Virus record (IMG/VR): IMGVR_UViG_3300025133_000024
Length of the DNA stretch: 64,000 bases
Direction: 5' to 3' (one strand)
Origin: a virus
Shown here: positions 1 to 11,042 of the stretch, in pieces
Layout of the letters: the number at the start of each line of letters is the position of its first letter
Position numbering within the stretch: position 1 is the first letter of the stretch
Notes under the pieces: model-generated
The model's database searches: none
What the model saw: the letters and a program-made list of their open reading frames with translations, nothing else
Told to the model about the DNA's origin: nothing
Made by a program: the position numbers and the translations under genes

Positions 1-530
1 GTTACTGGTAAAGGCTTAACATTAAACGAACCATCATGTTCAATCTCTATTGTGTTTAATCCACCGTGCACTGCCCAAATTTGGTCTTGAATTCCTCCAG
101 GTTCGTTTAATCTATTTCTTTCAATATCAATCGCATCTAGAGCCAAATCATCCCAGGTTATAAATTCATCCTGAAGTTGTCGGAGAGCATATAACAAAGA
201 AACACAAAAAGAAGAAGAACCTCCCAATCCTGTTCTAGAAGGAATATCTGCAAATGTATGTAAATCTACAGCCCTAGTTTCTCCATTATATTTTAATATT
301 TCCTTTATTAAGGGGTGTTTAATATCTCTGTTGGATATTACAACTTCTTGTTCTGAATAGGAGATAATTGACTTGTCTGAAACAATTTCTGGTCTGTACC
401 TTAAAGAGGTATAAACATATTTATCAATGGTTGTTCCAATAATAAAACAACCATGCTTCTGATAATAATCTTCAATATCCGCAGACCCGCCAAAAAAGCT
501 AACTCTCAATGGTGCCCTAGTGATTATCAT
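1..530 (-). CDS. hddA: GHMP kinase, D-glycero-D-manno-heptose-7-phosphate kinase-like (runs off window)
   Basis: Manual translation MIITRAPLRVSFFGGSADIEDYY...IPSRTGLGGSSSF (GHMP motif); not in ORF track; TAATG overlap with upstream gene. Confidence 0.85.
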   Translation of the reverse strand, partial: MIITRAPLRVSFFGGSADIEDYYQKHGCFIIGTTIDKYVYTSLRYRPEIVSDKSIISYSEQEVVISNRDIKHPLIKEILKYNGETRAVDLHTFADIPSRTGLGGSSSFCVSLLYALRQLQDEFITWDDLALDAIDIERNRLNEPGGIQDQIWAVHGGLNTIEIEHDGSFNVKPLPV

Positions 531-1528
531 TATACATTACCCCAAAGAGAACGAACTTGAGTTAACACTTCATAACCTTTTATCAATTCTTCAATTCCAT
601 CTTCAATCGAATATTTAGGTTCCCAGCCCAGAGATTCCAATTTTTCATTGGAAACAATATAATTCCTCTTGTCAATGTCTTTTTTGCCCTCTATATGAAA
701 AGTCTTAAGCTCAGGAACTTGCTCTTTTATCTTCTGACATAATTCAAACTTTGACAAGTTAGCTGAAGATAGGCCCATGTTATATGTCTCACCTTTCATT
801 TTATCAAAATTGTTAATCGCGAAAATAAATGACCTTACCACATCTTTAATGTGAACATAATTCCTCTTGAAATGAGGTTCAAACAATGTAATTGAGCCTT
901 CTGTGACCGCTTTATAAACAAAATCATTAACCAACAAATCCAATCTCATTCTAGGAGAAAGTCCAAACACCGTCGCCAATCTAAAACAAACCACATTCTC
1001 AGGGGCCTGCTCCAAACAAAAAACCTCAGCGTTAACTTTCCAAATTCCATATCCACTTAACGGACTCAAAGTAGACTCTTCTGTACAATAAGCTAACTCC
1101 CCATCAACAACATCCCCAACTCCATAACCACTATTCGTACAGAAATAAACCATCTTCTTGTTATACTCTCTAGACCACAAAGCACAATCAACAATGTGAG
1201 AAAAATTAACCTTTTGATAATTATTGTATTTCTCTTTGTTACAAGCTGGCATTCCAACAATACAAGCCAATGGCAACACCACATCACACCACTTCACCCA
1301 TTTATGAACAAATTCCTTATCCCTCACATCTCCATAAATAAATTGAATATTTTTCTTCCTCAGAAGACTCACAAGGGATGTTTGTTGATAATGAAGGTTA
1401 TCTATCACAACAATCTCCAAATCCTCTTGAAATTGATATTTGGGGTCTTCCTGGGTATCTGGGTTGAGAAGTGTTTCTAAAAGAACAGTTCCGATGTATC
1501 CTGCTCCGCCAGTTATTAAAAGCTTCAT
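530..1528 (-). CDS. NAD-dependent epimerase/dehydratase (extended SDR)
   Basis: LLITGGAGYIG, YGIWK (YxxxK), RLATVFG. Confidence 0.9.
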   Translation of the reverse strand: MKLLITGGAGYIGTVLLETLLNPDTQEDPKYQFQEDLEIVVIDNLHYQQTSLVSLLRKKNIQFIYGDVRDKEFVHKWVKWCDVVLPLACIVGMPACNKEKYNNYQKVNFSHIVDCALWSREYNKKMVYFCTNSGYGVGDVVDGELAYCTEESTLSPLSGYGIWKVNAEVFCLEQAPENVVCFRLATVFGLSPRMRLDLLVNDFVYKAVTEGSITLFEPHFKRNYVHIKDVVRSFIFAINNFDKMKGETYNMGLSSANLSKFELCQKIKEQVPELKTFHIEGKKDIDKRNYIVSNEKLESLGWEPKYSIEDGIEELIKGYEVLTQVRSLWGNV

Positions 1529-2313
1529 TGATTTTCTCCGATTGGGTATTTTTTAATCATTTGTTTGCTGAGGGTTGTGATTCCTTTTTGTTGTACAATT
1601 TCTGTGCAGCAATTATTGGCGAACTTTATTGATTTGATGACATCTTTTGAGTTTAAAATTCCGTAGACGAACGAAGCAATAAAGGAATCTTTGACTCCGA
1701 GTCTAGTTTTTGTTTCTACATCGGGAACAGGGTAGTTTGTTTTTTTATAATCTGTTCCATCTTTACCTTTTATAAAAACGAGTTTGTCATCCAGATATGG
1801 TGTATTGTATTTCTTTACATTAGAATTTTTCACTTCTTCTCTGCTCATAATGATATAAGAAGGTTTTTTGGTCCAATCATCATTAATGTCAATTACTTTT
1901 TTTGTAAAGACAAAAGGCATTGAAGCGACAGAAATAAAAGAGCAAATATCTCTTAAGGATAAAAATCCTTTGTCATAATCAACAATGACCACTGCGTCAT
2001 ATTGTCTAATAAATTCTTTGGATGGTATTTGTTTTATTCTTTCTGTTTTTTCTTTTTCCGAATCAACTCTTAAAAACATATGATGCGTTCTTTTATCAAT
2101 GAATCTTGTCTTTTTTACAACAGATTCATTAGACAACAATTCTGTTCCAGGAACAATTGCTTTTAAGTTTTCGTAAACATTTCCAGCCATTCCTTTATTT
2201 TGTTTTGTTTCTTCAGGAATGAAAATTGGAACAGGAACGTTGTTGGATAATGAATTTACAGAACCATAAATAATTTCATCAATACAAGAATCTCCAACCA
2301 CCAATATTTTCAT
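1525..2313 (-). CDS. PfkB/RfaE (HldE domain I)-like sugar kinase
   Basis: ILVVGDSCIDEIIYG..VPVPIF, GMAGNV, DYDKG; GAGD motif replaced by GVKD. Confidence 0.75.
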   Translation of the reverse strand: MKILVVGDSCIDEIIYGSVNSLSNNVPVPIFIPEETKQNKGMAGNVYENLKAIVPGTELLSNESVVKKTRFIDKRTHHMFLRVDSEKEKTERIKQIPSKEFIRQYDAVVIVDYDKGFLSLRDICSFISVASMPFVFTKKVIDINDDWTKKPSYIIMSREEVKNSNVKKYNTPYLDDKLVFIKGKDGTDYKKTNYPVPDVETKTRLGVKDSFIASFVYGILNSKDVIKSIKFANNCCTEIVQQKGITTLSKQMIKKYPIGENQ

Positions 2314-3335
2314 TATTTGTAAAGCCTTTCATGAATGTCCAAATAAGATTGCATAAGTCCAACATCAATTGATGTCTTTGGCTTCCAATCTAAAACATCA
2401 TAAGCCTCCGAACAATCGCAATATTGTCTCTCAAGATTCCCAGGTGTTTTTTCTGTTTCAATCTCGATATTTTCTTTTTGTGAAATCTTAACAATTTTTT
2501 CAACAATCGTTTTGATTTTATAATAATTGTTGTTTCCGATATTAAGAGGACCAATTACTTCTTTTTTTTCTGCGGATAACTCAATCATTTTGAAAATTGC
2601 TTCTAATGCATCATCAATGTAACAATAAGAGCGAACTTCTTTTCCGTTTGTCATAAGTTTGACAGGTAACACTGGATGTTCACAAACCCTTCTGCACATA
2701 ACTGGGATGAGGGATGATTTGTGGATTTGCATTGGTTGTCCAGGACCATAAATTCCATTCAACCTTGCAATAGAAATACCTTGAAATACATTTACATTCA
2801 TTTCAAGTTTCTTTTCCATGATTCTCTTTACCCATCCATAAGAAATATCATAATCCTCTAAAGAATATGGTTTCTCCAAAAGGTCTTTTTCCTTCAATGG
2901 AGACTCAAAATGTGGAGGATAAACATGAGATGAACTTGCATAAAAGAAATATTTCACTTTTTGGAGAATTGACAGTTTTAAAACTTGTGAATCAATATAA
3001 GAATTTTTTGCTGCAATAAGACCATCATTGTGTTTATAATAATGGTAGCCACCAACTAATGCAGCCAAATGAATAACAACATCGGCTTTGTGAAAAAAAT
3101 TAATAAATCTTTTATGTGAGTCTCTATACAAATCTGCATTACAGAAAGTCGGTGCTTTGTGTAAAGAACCTTCAAATGTATCAGCGTAATATAATCTTAA
3201 TGGTCGAAGTGATTCTGAATTGGACTCAATTGCTATAATCTCTGAACCTGCATCAAACAATGACCGGAAAATATGTTTACCGATAAATCCACCTGCACCT
3301 GTTAAGACTACTTTTTTATCTTTCCACCATTTCAT
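2313..3335 (-). CDS. NAD-dependent GDP-sugar epimerase
   Basis: VVLTGAGGFIG, HLAALVGG, YGWVK, R..GIYGP. Confidence 0.85.
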   Translation of the reverse strand: MKWWKDKKVVLTGAGGFIGKHIFRSLFDAGSEIIAIESNSESLRPLRLYYADTFEGSLHKAPTFCNADLYRDSHKRFINFFHKADVVIHLAALVGGYHYYKHNDGLIAAKNSYIDSQVLKLSILQKVKYFFYASSSHVYPPHFESPLKEKDLLEKPYSLEDYDISYGWVKRIMEKKLEMNVNVFQGISIARLNGIYGPGQPMQIHKSSLIPVMCRRVCEHPVLPVKLMTNGKEVRSYCYIDDALEAIFKMIELSAEKKEVIGPLNIGNNNYYKIKTIVEKIVKISQKENIEIETEKTPGNLERQYCDCSEAYDVLDWKPKTSIDVGLMQSYLDIHERLYK

Positions 3336-4318
3336 TTTCTTGCTCTATCCTGATTTTGTTTATACCACTCAATTGTTTCTTTTAATCCATCTGAGAGGGT
3401 GGTTGATGGGATGTTTGAAAAATCTTTTTTTAACTTTGTTAAATCATATACTCTTCGTTGCTGCCCATCAAGCTTTGGATATTTCCATAATATCTCACCT
3501 TCATATCCAACTTGTTTTTTAATTTCATTAATTAAATCAACAATAGACGTTTCAACACCTGTGCCAACATTATAAGGTCCAAGTTGGTTAACAGAAAATG
3601 ACTCTAAAATTACTTTCACCATGTCTTCAACATAAAGAAACTCTCTTGTTGCTTTACCAGAACCCCACACAACAACTTCTTTTTTATTTTCTTGTTTTGC
3701 TTCAATAAATTTTCTCACTAAAGCAGGAACAACATGACTGTCATGAATATGAAAATTATCATAAGGTCCATAAAGATTTGCTGGTAAAAGAACTGTAGAG
3801 TCGAAATTGTATTGTTCTTTATAGGACCACCCTTGGATGATTAGATTCTTTTTAGCCATAGAATATCCAAACGAATTTATTTCTGGCATACCTGAGAAGA
3901 AGTTTGATTCTTTATATGGAGGAATTAAAGAATTTGGGTATCCACATCCAGCACCCAACGAAACCATCTTTTTTACTTTGTTTTTTCGACAAGCTTCATA
4001 TAGAAAAATCCCCATAAGAGAATTTTCATAAAACTGTTGACCTTGAGATTGCTTGTTTAATAGAATCCCTCCAACCCTTCCAGCTAAATGAATAACATAA
4101 TCAACATTATTAAACTGGAAATATTGTTCAACTCGTTCTTGATTCGTTAAGTCTAATGTTTTGCTGGATGGGTGTAGAAGAAACTTGTGAGGAACATTCT
4201 CTTTGATATAATGAATAAGATTTCTTCCAACAAATCCACTTGCACCAGTTATAAGAATAGTGCTATTTTTAAAAAGGTAATAAAAATCATTACTGTAAGT
4301 TTGTATTTTATTGTTCAT
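3332..4318 (-). CDS. fcl: GDP-L-fucose synthase
   Basis: HLAGRVGGI, PANLYGPYDNF, HVVPALVRKF, VWGSGKATREFLYVED; start trimmed to MNNKIQ. Confidence 0.85.
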   Translation of the reverse strand: MNNKIQTYSNDFYYLFKNSTILITGASGFVGRNLIHYIKENVPHKFLLHPSSKTLDLTNQERVEQYFQFNNVDYVIHLAGRVGGILLNKQSQGQQFYENSLMGIFLYEACRKNKVKKMVSLGAGCGYPNSLIPPYKESNFFSGMPEINSFGYSMAKKNLIIQGWSYKEQYNFDSTVLLPANLYGPYDNFHIHDSHVVPALVRKFIEAKQENKKEVVVWGSGKATREFLYVEDMVKVILESFSVNQLGPYNVGTGVETSIVDLINEIKKQVGYEGEILWKYPKLDGQQRRVYDLTKLKKDFSNIPSTTLSDGLKETIEWYKQNQDRARK

Positions 4319-5255
4319 TTTGCATATACCATTCAATTGTTTTTTTAAGTCCTTGTTCAAGAGTTACCTGAGGGGACCAACTATATTTTTCTTTTGCTTT
4401 GGAAATATCTAATACTTTCTGTCTTGCCCCAACAAACCTATCTGTATTATAAAAAATTTCACCTTGATAGCCAACAGTTTCTTTGATTTTCTCTGCTAAA
4501 AACTTAATGGTTGTTTCCTGTCCAGAGCCAACATTAATCAAATCTCCGTCATAATCCGCAACCAACAAAATTCCTTTGATTTGGTCTTCAACATAAATTA
4601 ATTCTCTACTTTGTAAACCATCACCCCAAACCTCAACTTGTTTGGAGTTGTCTAACTTTCCATCACAAAACTTCTTTACCAAAGCAGAAACCACATGAAC
4701 CTTTTCCAAATCAAAAGAATCATGTGGTCCATATAATGTGGTTAAAACTGCAACAGTACCTTTTAACCCATATTGCTGCTTATATGCCTTGATTCCTTGC
4801 AGCATATTACATTTTGTTAATCCATATGTCTCAACTGATGGGTGCAATGGACCTGAAAAATAATCTTCTTCTTTTAGAATATGTTTAGAAGGGAAGAAAC
4901 ATGTTGTTCCTAGACCAACCATAATAGCCTGAGGTTGATATTTTTTCCAGTTTTCAAATGTGTAAACATGAATCAAATTGTTTTTGTAAAACTGTTCAGC
5001 AGGATATTTTAATGGATACTCTCCCGCACCCTGCACAGCAGCACCATGAAAAATATAATCAAACTTTATATTGCTGTTAAACAATGATTCTGCAAAAAAT
5101 GGTCTGGTCAAATCAATCTCAGAACCAACTGCAATAACCTTCGCACCATAACTCTCTAAAAGTGGGACAAAGTTTTTTCCAAGAAAACCGGTGCCACCTG
5201 TAATAAGAACTTTTTTTCCTTTATATTTTTTTTCTAAAATCTTGTCGTAGGACAT
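4308..5255 (-). CDS. GDP-L-fucose synthase-like paralogue
   Basis: ITGGTGFLG, YGLTK, TLYGPHDSF, HVVSALVKKF, VWGDGLQSRELIYVED. Confidence 0.8.
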   Translation of the reverse strand: MSYDKILEKKYKGKKVLITGGTGFLGKNFVPLLESYGAKVIAVGSEIDLTRPFFAESLFNSNIKFDYIFHGAAVQGAGEYPLKYPAEQFYKNNLIHVYTFENWKKYQPQAIMVGLGTTCFFPSKHILKEEDYFSGPLHPSVETYGLTKCNMLQGIKAYKQQYGLKGTVAVLTTLYGPHDSFDLEKVHVVSALVKKFCDGKLDNSKQVEVWGDGLQSRELIYVEDQIKGILLVADYDGDLINVGSGQETTIKFLAEKIKETVGYQGEIFYNTDRFVGARQKVLDISKAKEKYSWSPQVTLEQGLKKTIEWYMQNEQ

Positions 5256-5605
5256 ATTTCCCTCACTTTGTTTTTAAAATCTTCATATGATTCCAAAGAT
5301 ACCACTTTCATTTCATCACATGGAATATTATAAGAATAGCGTAAGATATAATGCTCTGTCTTTTCCTTAAAAACTGTATCTATATCATACAAAGTAATAT
5401 GAGTCTTTCCTTGTTTTGATATTTCACCCAATACATTCTCTAGCAATTGTTTTTCACACAAAGACATATTGTTTTCTAGTGACGTAAAAAAAGGTAGACT
5501 ACAGCCATACACAACCTTGATTCCGTTTTTATACAACGAGTTTAAAACTCTTTTGTGTTTTGTTATGCTCTCGTTTGCTTTTTGTATCCTATTAAAATAT
5601 TTCAT
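5234..5605 (-). CDS. hypothetical protein
   Basis: ORF in operon, overlaps neighbour. Confidence 0.5.
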   Translation of the reverse strand: MKYFNRIQKANESITKHKRVLNSLYKNGIKVVYGCSLPFFTSLENNMSLCEKQLLENVLGEISKQGKTHITLYDIDTVFKEKTEHYILRYSYNIPCDEMKVVSLESYEDFKNKVREICPTTRF

Positions 5606-5705
5606 TTTTTACATCCTGGTTGTCAAACATGACTCACCTTTTTTTATTATATTATAAATTGCCTCAGCATTATATTTAAAATATCTTTGATTGTTTTTTT
5701 CTGCT

Positions 5706-6626
5706 TTACTTTATATTCTCAATTTTTTTAAAAATCTTTTTTATTTCATATTCTTTGACTTTTTCATGAGCATTTTCTGTTATAAATTTATAATCTTCAA
5801 AATTGTTAATAATTTTTTTAATTTTTCTTTTTAAATCGGAAAAATCATCCCAATAAAGAAAATGTTTTCCTGGTTCAAACCATTTTTCTATCACATTCCA
5901 TTGGTCTCTTTTGCACAAAACCAATGTTTTTGTCACCATGGACTCTATGACTCTAGGTTTAAATTGGGGGAAGTAATTGGTGTCCAACCCTACAAAAGCT
6001 TCGTTTTGTTCCCACCCTTCATTTTTTTTTATTTCTTTAATTTGTTCTGGATTTGTAGGACATAAATTTAGAACAACAGAGATTTTTGATTTTGACAACA
6101 AATCCCATTTTTGTTCTATAGGGATATTAATATGTGTTGGTCTATATAATGAAAAAGTTGGAAACAACGCAGTATGAATATACTTAAAATTCCTCATAAC
6201 ATCAATAAGTTCACAATGTCTTTTATCCATCAATGTTCCCATATATATAACATCAAAAATTTTCCTATGATTGACATTAATATTTTTAAAATTGTTTTCA
6301 TTGTAAGGGAAAGGAATCGGAATATATTTCGTATCTTGAATCTTATTTAAAAAATTTGCTGTATACGGACAAATAGTGAAAACATGAGTAAAATAACTCT
6401 GTTCTTTTGCACAAGTAGTGGTGTTACAAAAAGCACAAGGGGATTCTAAATTTAAATAAGCTCTTTTCTTGTATTCCTTATATCTTTCCCGCAAAATTGG
6501 ATCTAAAGAAGTATTATAACCTTGAAACAACACTTCCTCTTCAGAATTATCACAATAATTTTCTAAATAATAATAACTGTTTACCACGTCATTATATTCC
6601 CCATCATGATTTACTATAATTTTCAT
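5706..6626 (-). CDS. glycosyltransferase-like (CgeB/GT1-type C-terminus)
   Basis: SKISVVLN, KPRVIESMVTKTLVL, FEPGKHFLYW. Confidence 0.65.
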   Translation of the reverse strand: MKIIVNHDGEYNDVVNSYYYLENYCDNSEEEVLFQGYNTSLDPILRERYKEYKKRAYLNLESPCAFCNTTTCAKEQSYFTHVFTICPYTANFLNKIQDTKYIPIPFPYNENNFKNINVNHRKIFDVIYMGTLMDKRHCELIDVMRNFKYIHTALFPTFSLYRPTHINIPIEQKWDLLSKSKISVVLNLCPTNPEQIKEIKKNEGWEQNEAFVGLDTNYFPQFKPRVIESMVTKTLVLCKRDQWNVIEKWFEPGKHFLYWDDFSDLKRKIKKIINNFEDYKFITENAHEKVKEYEIKKIFKKIENIK

Positions 6627-6640
6627 TTTTATACCCCAGT

Positions 6641-6880
6641 TTATTTTAAAACAGATAAATCTAAAGAATCCTTTAGATGTAAAAAATTTTTATTTATGTA
6701 GATTGCATCCAAAGAGGGTCCATGTTCTTCAATTTTCACAAACCCTTTATTCTTCAAAAAAAGATAAATATCCTCGACTTTATGACTGTTTTCATACCCT
6801 GTTACAAACTGTTCAATTTGCAAAGCTGCCACTCTCTTTGATAATAATTCGCCACAACCTTTCAAAATATCTAACCCCTT
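6641..6880 (-). pseudogene. C-terminal fragment of FkbM-family methyltransferase
   Basis: LDILKGCGELL..IE....YE....DIYLFLKNKGF; SAM-binding N-terminus absent. Confidence 0.5.
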
Positions 6881-7849
6881 TCATTTTTTTTCCTGTCTGT
6901 TTTTATCTATCCATGCGAATGTCCTCTTTAAGCCCTCATCCAAACTCACTGAGGGTTCCCAACCTAACTTTTCTTTTATGAGTTTGTTGTGAGAATTTCT
7001 CCCCATGACTCCTAATGGACCTTCAATGTTTTTAATTTTGATATTTTTGTTGGAGATTTTTATAACTTTTTTAGCAAGATTTTGAATAGAAATGATTTCT
7101 TCCGAACCTATATTAACAGGACCAACAAAATCAGAATTCATTAAGCGATATGTGGCATCAATACAATCATCAATAAACAGAAAAGAACGGGTCTGGGAGC
7201 CATCTCCCCAAACTTCAATACTAGTTTTGTCTTCCGCTTCTGAGACTTTTCTACAAAAAGCAGCAGGTGCTTTTTCTCTACCACCATCATAAACACCATA
7301 TGGGCCAAAAATATTATGATACCTAGCAACCCTAACATCCAAATTATGGTTCTTTTTGTGTGCTAGGTACAATCTTTCACTGAAAAGTTTTTCCCATCCA
7401 TATTCACTATCAGGAGCAGCAGGATAAGCGCTCGATTCTTCACAATTAGGGTTATTGGAGTCCATTTGGTTATGCTCTGGGTATATGCAAGCAGATGAAG
7501 AAAAGAAAATTCTTTTTACATTATTCTTCAGACTTTCATCTAAGACATTAAGGTTAATCATTGCAGAATTATACATAATATTTGCATCATTCTTTCCTGT
7601 AAAAATAAATCCTGCTCCACCCATATCTGCCGCAAATTGATAAACATAGTCAATGCCTTTACAAACTTGTTTTACAAAATCAGAATCTCTTAAATCCCCA
7701 AGGCAAAATTCATCACATGTTTCATCTACAGGCAAAAATAAATGTTTTTTAATATCTACTCCTCTAACCCAATACCCCAATTCCTTGAGTCTTTTAACCA
7801 TATGACCACCAATAAAGCCACCTGCTCCACAAACTAAAACCTTTTTCAC
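6881..7849 (-). CDS. GDP-mannose 3,5-epimerase
   Basis: [39 protein letters not shown]; GTG start overlapping upstream TGA. Confidence 0.9.
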   Translation of the reverse strand: MKKVLVCGAGGFIGGHMVKRLKELGYWVRGVDIKKHLFLPVDETCDEFCLGDLRDSDFVKQVCKGIDYVYQFAADMGGAGFIFTGKNDANIMYNSAMINLNVLDESLKNNVKRIFFSSSACIYPEHNQMDSNNPNCEESSAYPAAPDSEYGWEKLFSERLYLAHKKNHNLDVRVARYHNIFGPYGVYDGGREKAPAAFCRKVSEAEDKTSIEVWGDGSQTRSFLFIDDCIDATYRLMNSDFVGPVNIGSEEIISIQNLAKKVIKISNKNIKIKNIEGPLGVMGRNSHNKLIKEKLGWEPSVSLDEGLKRTFAWIDKNRQEKK

Positions 7850-8682
7850 TTTAAATCTCCTTTGAAATTCTTTTTTGCAACAACTAACGTATGCCAACCC
7901 ATTTCTTGACATAATTCCTTATATTCATCATTCTTCATATTTTTAAAACAATCTCTAACAACATATTCATAGTTTTTATACTCTTCAATTTTATATGGGA
8001 AAATGTGTTCTTTTTGGATAAGAACACATTTTAACTTATTTTCCTTCAAGATTTCTTGTATTTCCCTAGATGTGTAAGTTGATGCTTTTGGACAGTTCAA
8101 TTGAGCTTCTGCGAAATATTGAATCGTTTCATTTGATTTAGAAAAATCCCAATTATTTGTAATATGCATAAAATCAAATAATTTAAAACTATATTTGGAA
8201 TAAACCATAAACCTAAATTCTGCGTCTTTTTTTAAAAAAGGTACCACTTCATTTATAATTTTTTCAGGATATTCTGTATGATGAATAACACCAAAAGAAT
8301 ATACTAAATCAAACTTATCCTCTCCTTCCAACAAAGAGGATAAGTTTTCGGCATTACCTAAATAAAATTTTGCATTTAGCCCATAAATCTCAAATCTTTT
8401 CTTGCATAGCTCCAAAGAACTTTCAGATAACTCCACACATACTAATTCAGCACCGTTTCTTGCAAAATTAATACTGTCTGTTCCTATACCACACCCGATT
8501 TCTAAAACTCTCTTACCTTTCCAATTAGCAAAATTAGCAAAATCTTTAATGTGAGGTTCGACAAAATATTTTCTTTTTTCTACTTCATCAAAATACTCTC
8601 TACTTCCCACTTCTTTATTAGAATGCCTAATGTTACACGGACGCTCATCCCAAAAGTTTTTAATCTTTTCAGACAATTTCAT
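7846..8682 (-). CDS. class I SAM-dependent methyltransferase
   Basis: [21 protein letters not shown]. Confidence 0.9.
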   Translation of the reverse strand: MKLSEKIKNFWDERPCNIRHSNKEVGSREYFDEVEKRKYFVEPHIKDFANFANWKGKRVLEIGCGIGTDSINFARNGAELVCVELSESSLELCKKRFEIYGLNAKFYLGNAENLSSLLEGEDKFDLVYSFGVIHHTEYPEKIINEVVPFLKKDAEFRFMVYSKYSFKLFDFMHITNNWDFSKSNETIQYFAEAQLNCPKASTYTSREIQEILKENKLKCVLIQKEHIFPYKIEEYKNYEYVVRDCFKNMKNDEYKELCQEMGWHTLVVAKKNFKGDLK

Positions 8683-9772
8683 ATTTAAACAAATCTCCAT
8701 ATAGCTTTTGAACCTTCTCAATTACATTTCTACCTTCTTTAATCGTAACGGGGAAACCTTCTTTCGCCAATCCTACAGCAAACTTTAGTTGTTGTGATTC
8801 TACAATTAAATTCGAATTCTTTTTGTACGTAACATCAGAAATTAAAATTTCTTTCGATTTGTCTGTATTGTTCTTTACAAAATTTCTTACTTGATATTCC
8901 AAATGTGAAAAATTTGAATCATCAGATGCCTTGCTAATATCATGATATATGCCATTTTCTTTACAACACAACCCTAAAGCCCTGTTGTCTCTTGGGAAAC
9001 AAGGGCCTCCAAAACCAAAACCATATCCCAGATATTTGTGGCCAACTCGTTGGTCTTGACCAATAGCTCTTAAAATCCTATCAGGATTGGAATTCATTTC
9101 TGTAGCCAAATCACCAATCATATTTGCAAATGCAATTTTTGTCGTCAAGAAACAATTTAAAGAAATTTTTGTTATTTCTGCTTCAGTTAAGGACATGGTG
9201 TGAGTAGGTGCATTATTTTTCACCATTTTATTGTAAATTTCTTCAACCAAGCCAGTTTCATTCTCTTTTTGTTTCCCAATTAAAACAAAATCAGGGTCAG
9301 TTTGCCCCTTAAGTATCTCTCCTTGGGCAATAAACTCTGGATTGTAAACTGTATAATAATTTATTTTTCTTAAACGTTCTTCAATAGTTTCACAATAACC
9401 CGGCATTGTAGTGCAACAAACAATAAAATGACCTGGGTTTTTCCTGGGAGGTAATTTTTCCAAACCTGACACAATTGACTCTACCTGAGTATGGTCATAA
9501 CCTCCATTTTTCAGAGAAGGTGTACTAACAACCACAAATAGAGTATCTGAAAAAGATACAGATTCTTCTAAAGAAGTTGTTGCAAAGAAATTTGTCGAGT
9601 TTTGCAACAAAGAATCAACGCCCGGTTCACAGGACTTTAAAGTTTTATCATTAACTTTTGCAACATAATCATCATTAATATCAACTCCACAAACATCAAA
9701 TCCAGAGTTTTCTAAATTTAGAGCCAAACATAAACCTAATTTTCCAATTCCGACAACACTTATTTTTTCCAC
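8669..9772 (-). CDS. ugd: UDP-glucose/GDP-mannose 6-dehydrogenase
   Basis: [37 protein letters not shown]. Confidence 0.85.
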   Translation of the reverse strand: MEKISVVGIGKLGLCLALNLENSGFDVCGVDINDDYVAKVNDKTLKSCEPGVDSLLQNSTNFFATTSLEESVSFSDTLFVVVSTPSLKNGGYDHTQVESIVSGLEKLPPRKNPGHFIVCCTTMPGYCETIEERLRKINYYTVYNPEFIAQGEILKGQTDPDFVLIGKQKENETGLVEEIYNKMVKNNAPTHTMSLTEAEITKISLNCFLTTKIAFANMIGDLATEMNSNPDRILRAIGQDQRVGHKYLGYGFGFGGPCFPRDNRALGLCCKENGIYHDISKASDDSNFSHLEYQVRNFVKNNTDKSKEILISDVTYKKNSNLIVESQQLKFAVGLAKEGFPVTIKEGRNVIEKVQKLYGDLFKYEIV

Positions 9773-9826
9773 ATCATCACCTATTATAAAATTGCTATTA
9801 TATATCTAAAGAATTATTATTCACAA

Positions 9827-10729
9827 TCACACTAAAAACCAATTATCAGGATAGAAGCCCTCTCGATACGTAAACCCTTTTGTATCAAGATGGTAATTTT
9901 TAGGAGCCACAATAATTTTATCTGGGGATTGGGTTTCTCCAATATAAGCAGCCCACCAACCAAACGAACTAATATGACTTAGAATATGATGGTCACACAA
10001 CATTATCATACAAAAGTCAATCATTGTATTATTTTTTGGTGCAAAAATGTATTCAGAGCCTAACAAATTCTTCTTGCACCATGTAATGTCACTCTTGTTT
10101 GGATTATTTTTTTCTCTTGAGCCGCCTGTAAAAACCAAATATTTTACTCTTTTACCAGAAAACTCTTTTTTACCTTTTTGAAGATATTTATAGAATACAC
10201 TATTTTTGGTTAACTTTGTTTTACCATAATAAAAACTTGATAAATTTGAATTATCCAAAACATCACCTCTTCTTAAATGCAAAGAAACAATCTCGTAACC
10301 TTCATTTTCTTGTCTTACTTTGTCAAGAATCTCCCGAGCTTTATCCAAGTATTCTTTTTTGGGAGTTAATTCACTTTTGATTATATCTTCAAACCCCTTA
10401 AAGTACAAAATACTTTGAAAGAAACCTTCAATATTGGAAAAAGGGTTTAACGACCAAAAGCCATCATCATATTTCATATGATGTGGCTCTTTATAACGAT
10501 GATTAATCATCATTGATTCTCGCCATGTTAGTGGCTTTATTTGAGTGTTAAAAGCTTCTTTCAGTAAACATTTTTGCCCATGCCATTCTTGATGGCTCAA
10601 GTAAGGAATCCTAACATCACAATCATGTTTTAGCGATAAAGCTCTTAAAGCAGCATACTGGAAGAGTTGATTCCCTAATCTTCCAAGCTCTCCTAACCTA
10701 TGAAATGAAAAAAACGGTCGCACTTCCAT
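9827..10729 (-). CDS. alpha-1,2-fucosyltransferase (GT11)
   Basis: GRLGNQLFQYA, HLRRGD, SSFGWWAAY. Confidence 0.9.
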   Translation of the reverse strand: MEVRPFFSFHRLGELGRLGNQLFQYAALRALSLKHDCDVRIPYLSHQEWHGQKCLLKEAFNTQIKPLTWRESMMINHRYKEPHHMKYDDGFWSLNPFSNIEGFFQSILYFKGFEDIIKSELTPKKEYLDKAREILDKVRQENEGYEIVSLHLRRGDVLDNSNLSSFYYGKTKLTKNSVFYKYLQKGKKEFSGKRVKYLVFTGGSREKNNPNKSDITWCKKNLLGSEYIFAPKNNTMIDFCMIMLCDHHILSHISSFGWWAAYIGETQSPDKIIVAPKNYHLDTKGFTYREGFYPDNWFLV

Positions 10730-10742
10730 GATTCCTCCTCAG

Positions 10743-11042
10743 CTAATAAACTTCATGTTTCTCAGAGTAAATTGTTCTTGTTTCGCCATCAGCGTCTTGC
10801 ATTTCTGTCCAACCTTGATTTCTGTCGAAATGAATAACTTCCCAACCAGCTAACTCATATTTGCTAATTCTTTGTCTGATTCTTCTTACTGCATCTCTAT
10901 TAGATGGTGAAGTTCCCCACACATCAATCTTCCAATCTCCATTTGTTTGCCAATCAGTGAATAAAACCCAAACAAAAACTGGTTTCTCTACTGTACTAAC
11001 TGGTACAATAAAAGGTTCTGGTTTTCTCTTCTTTTTCGCCAT
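10743..11042 (-). CDS. hypothetical protein
   Basis: ORF with SD, stop overlaps upstream-gene junction. Confidence 0.65.
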   Translation of the reverse strand: MAKKKRKPEPFIVPVSTVEKPVFVWVLFTDWQTNGDWKIDVWGTSPSNRDAVRRIRQRISKYELAGWEVIHFDRNQGWTEMQDADGETRTIYSEKHEVY

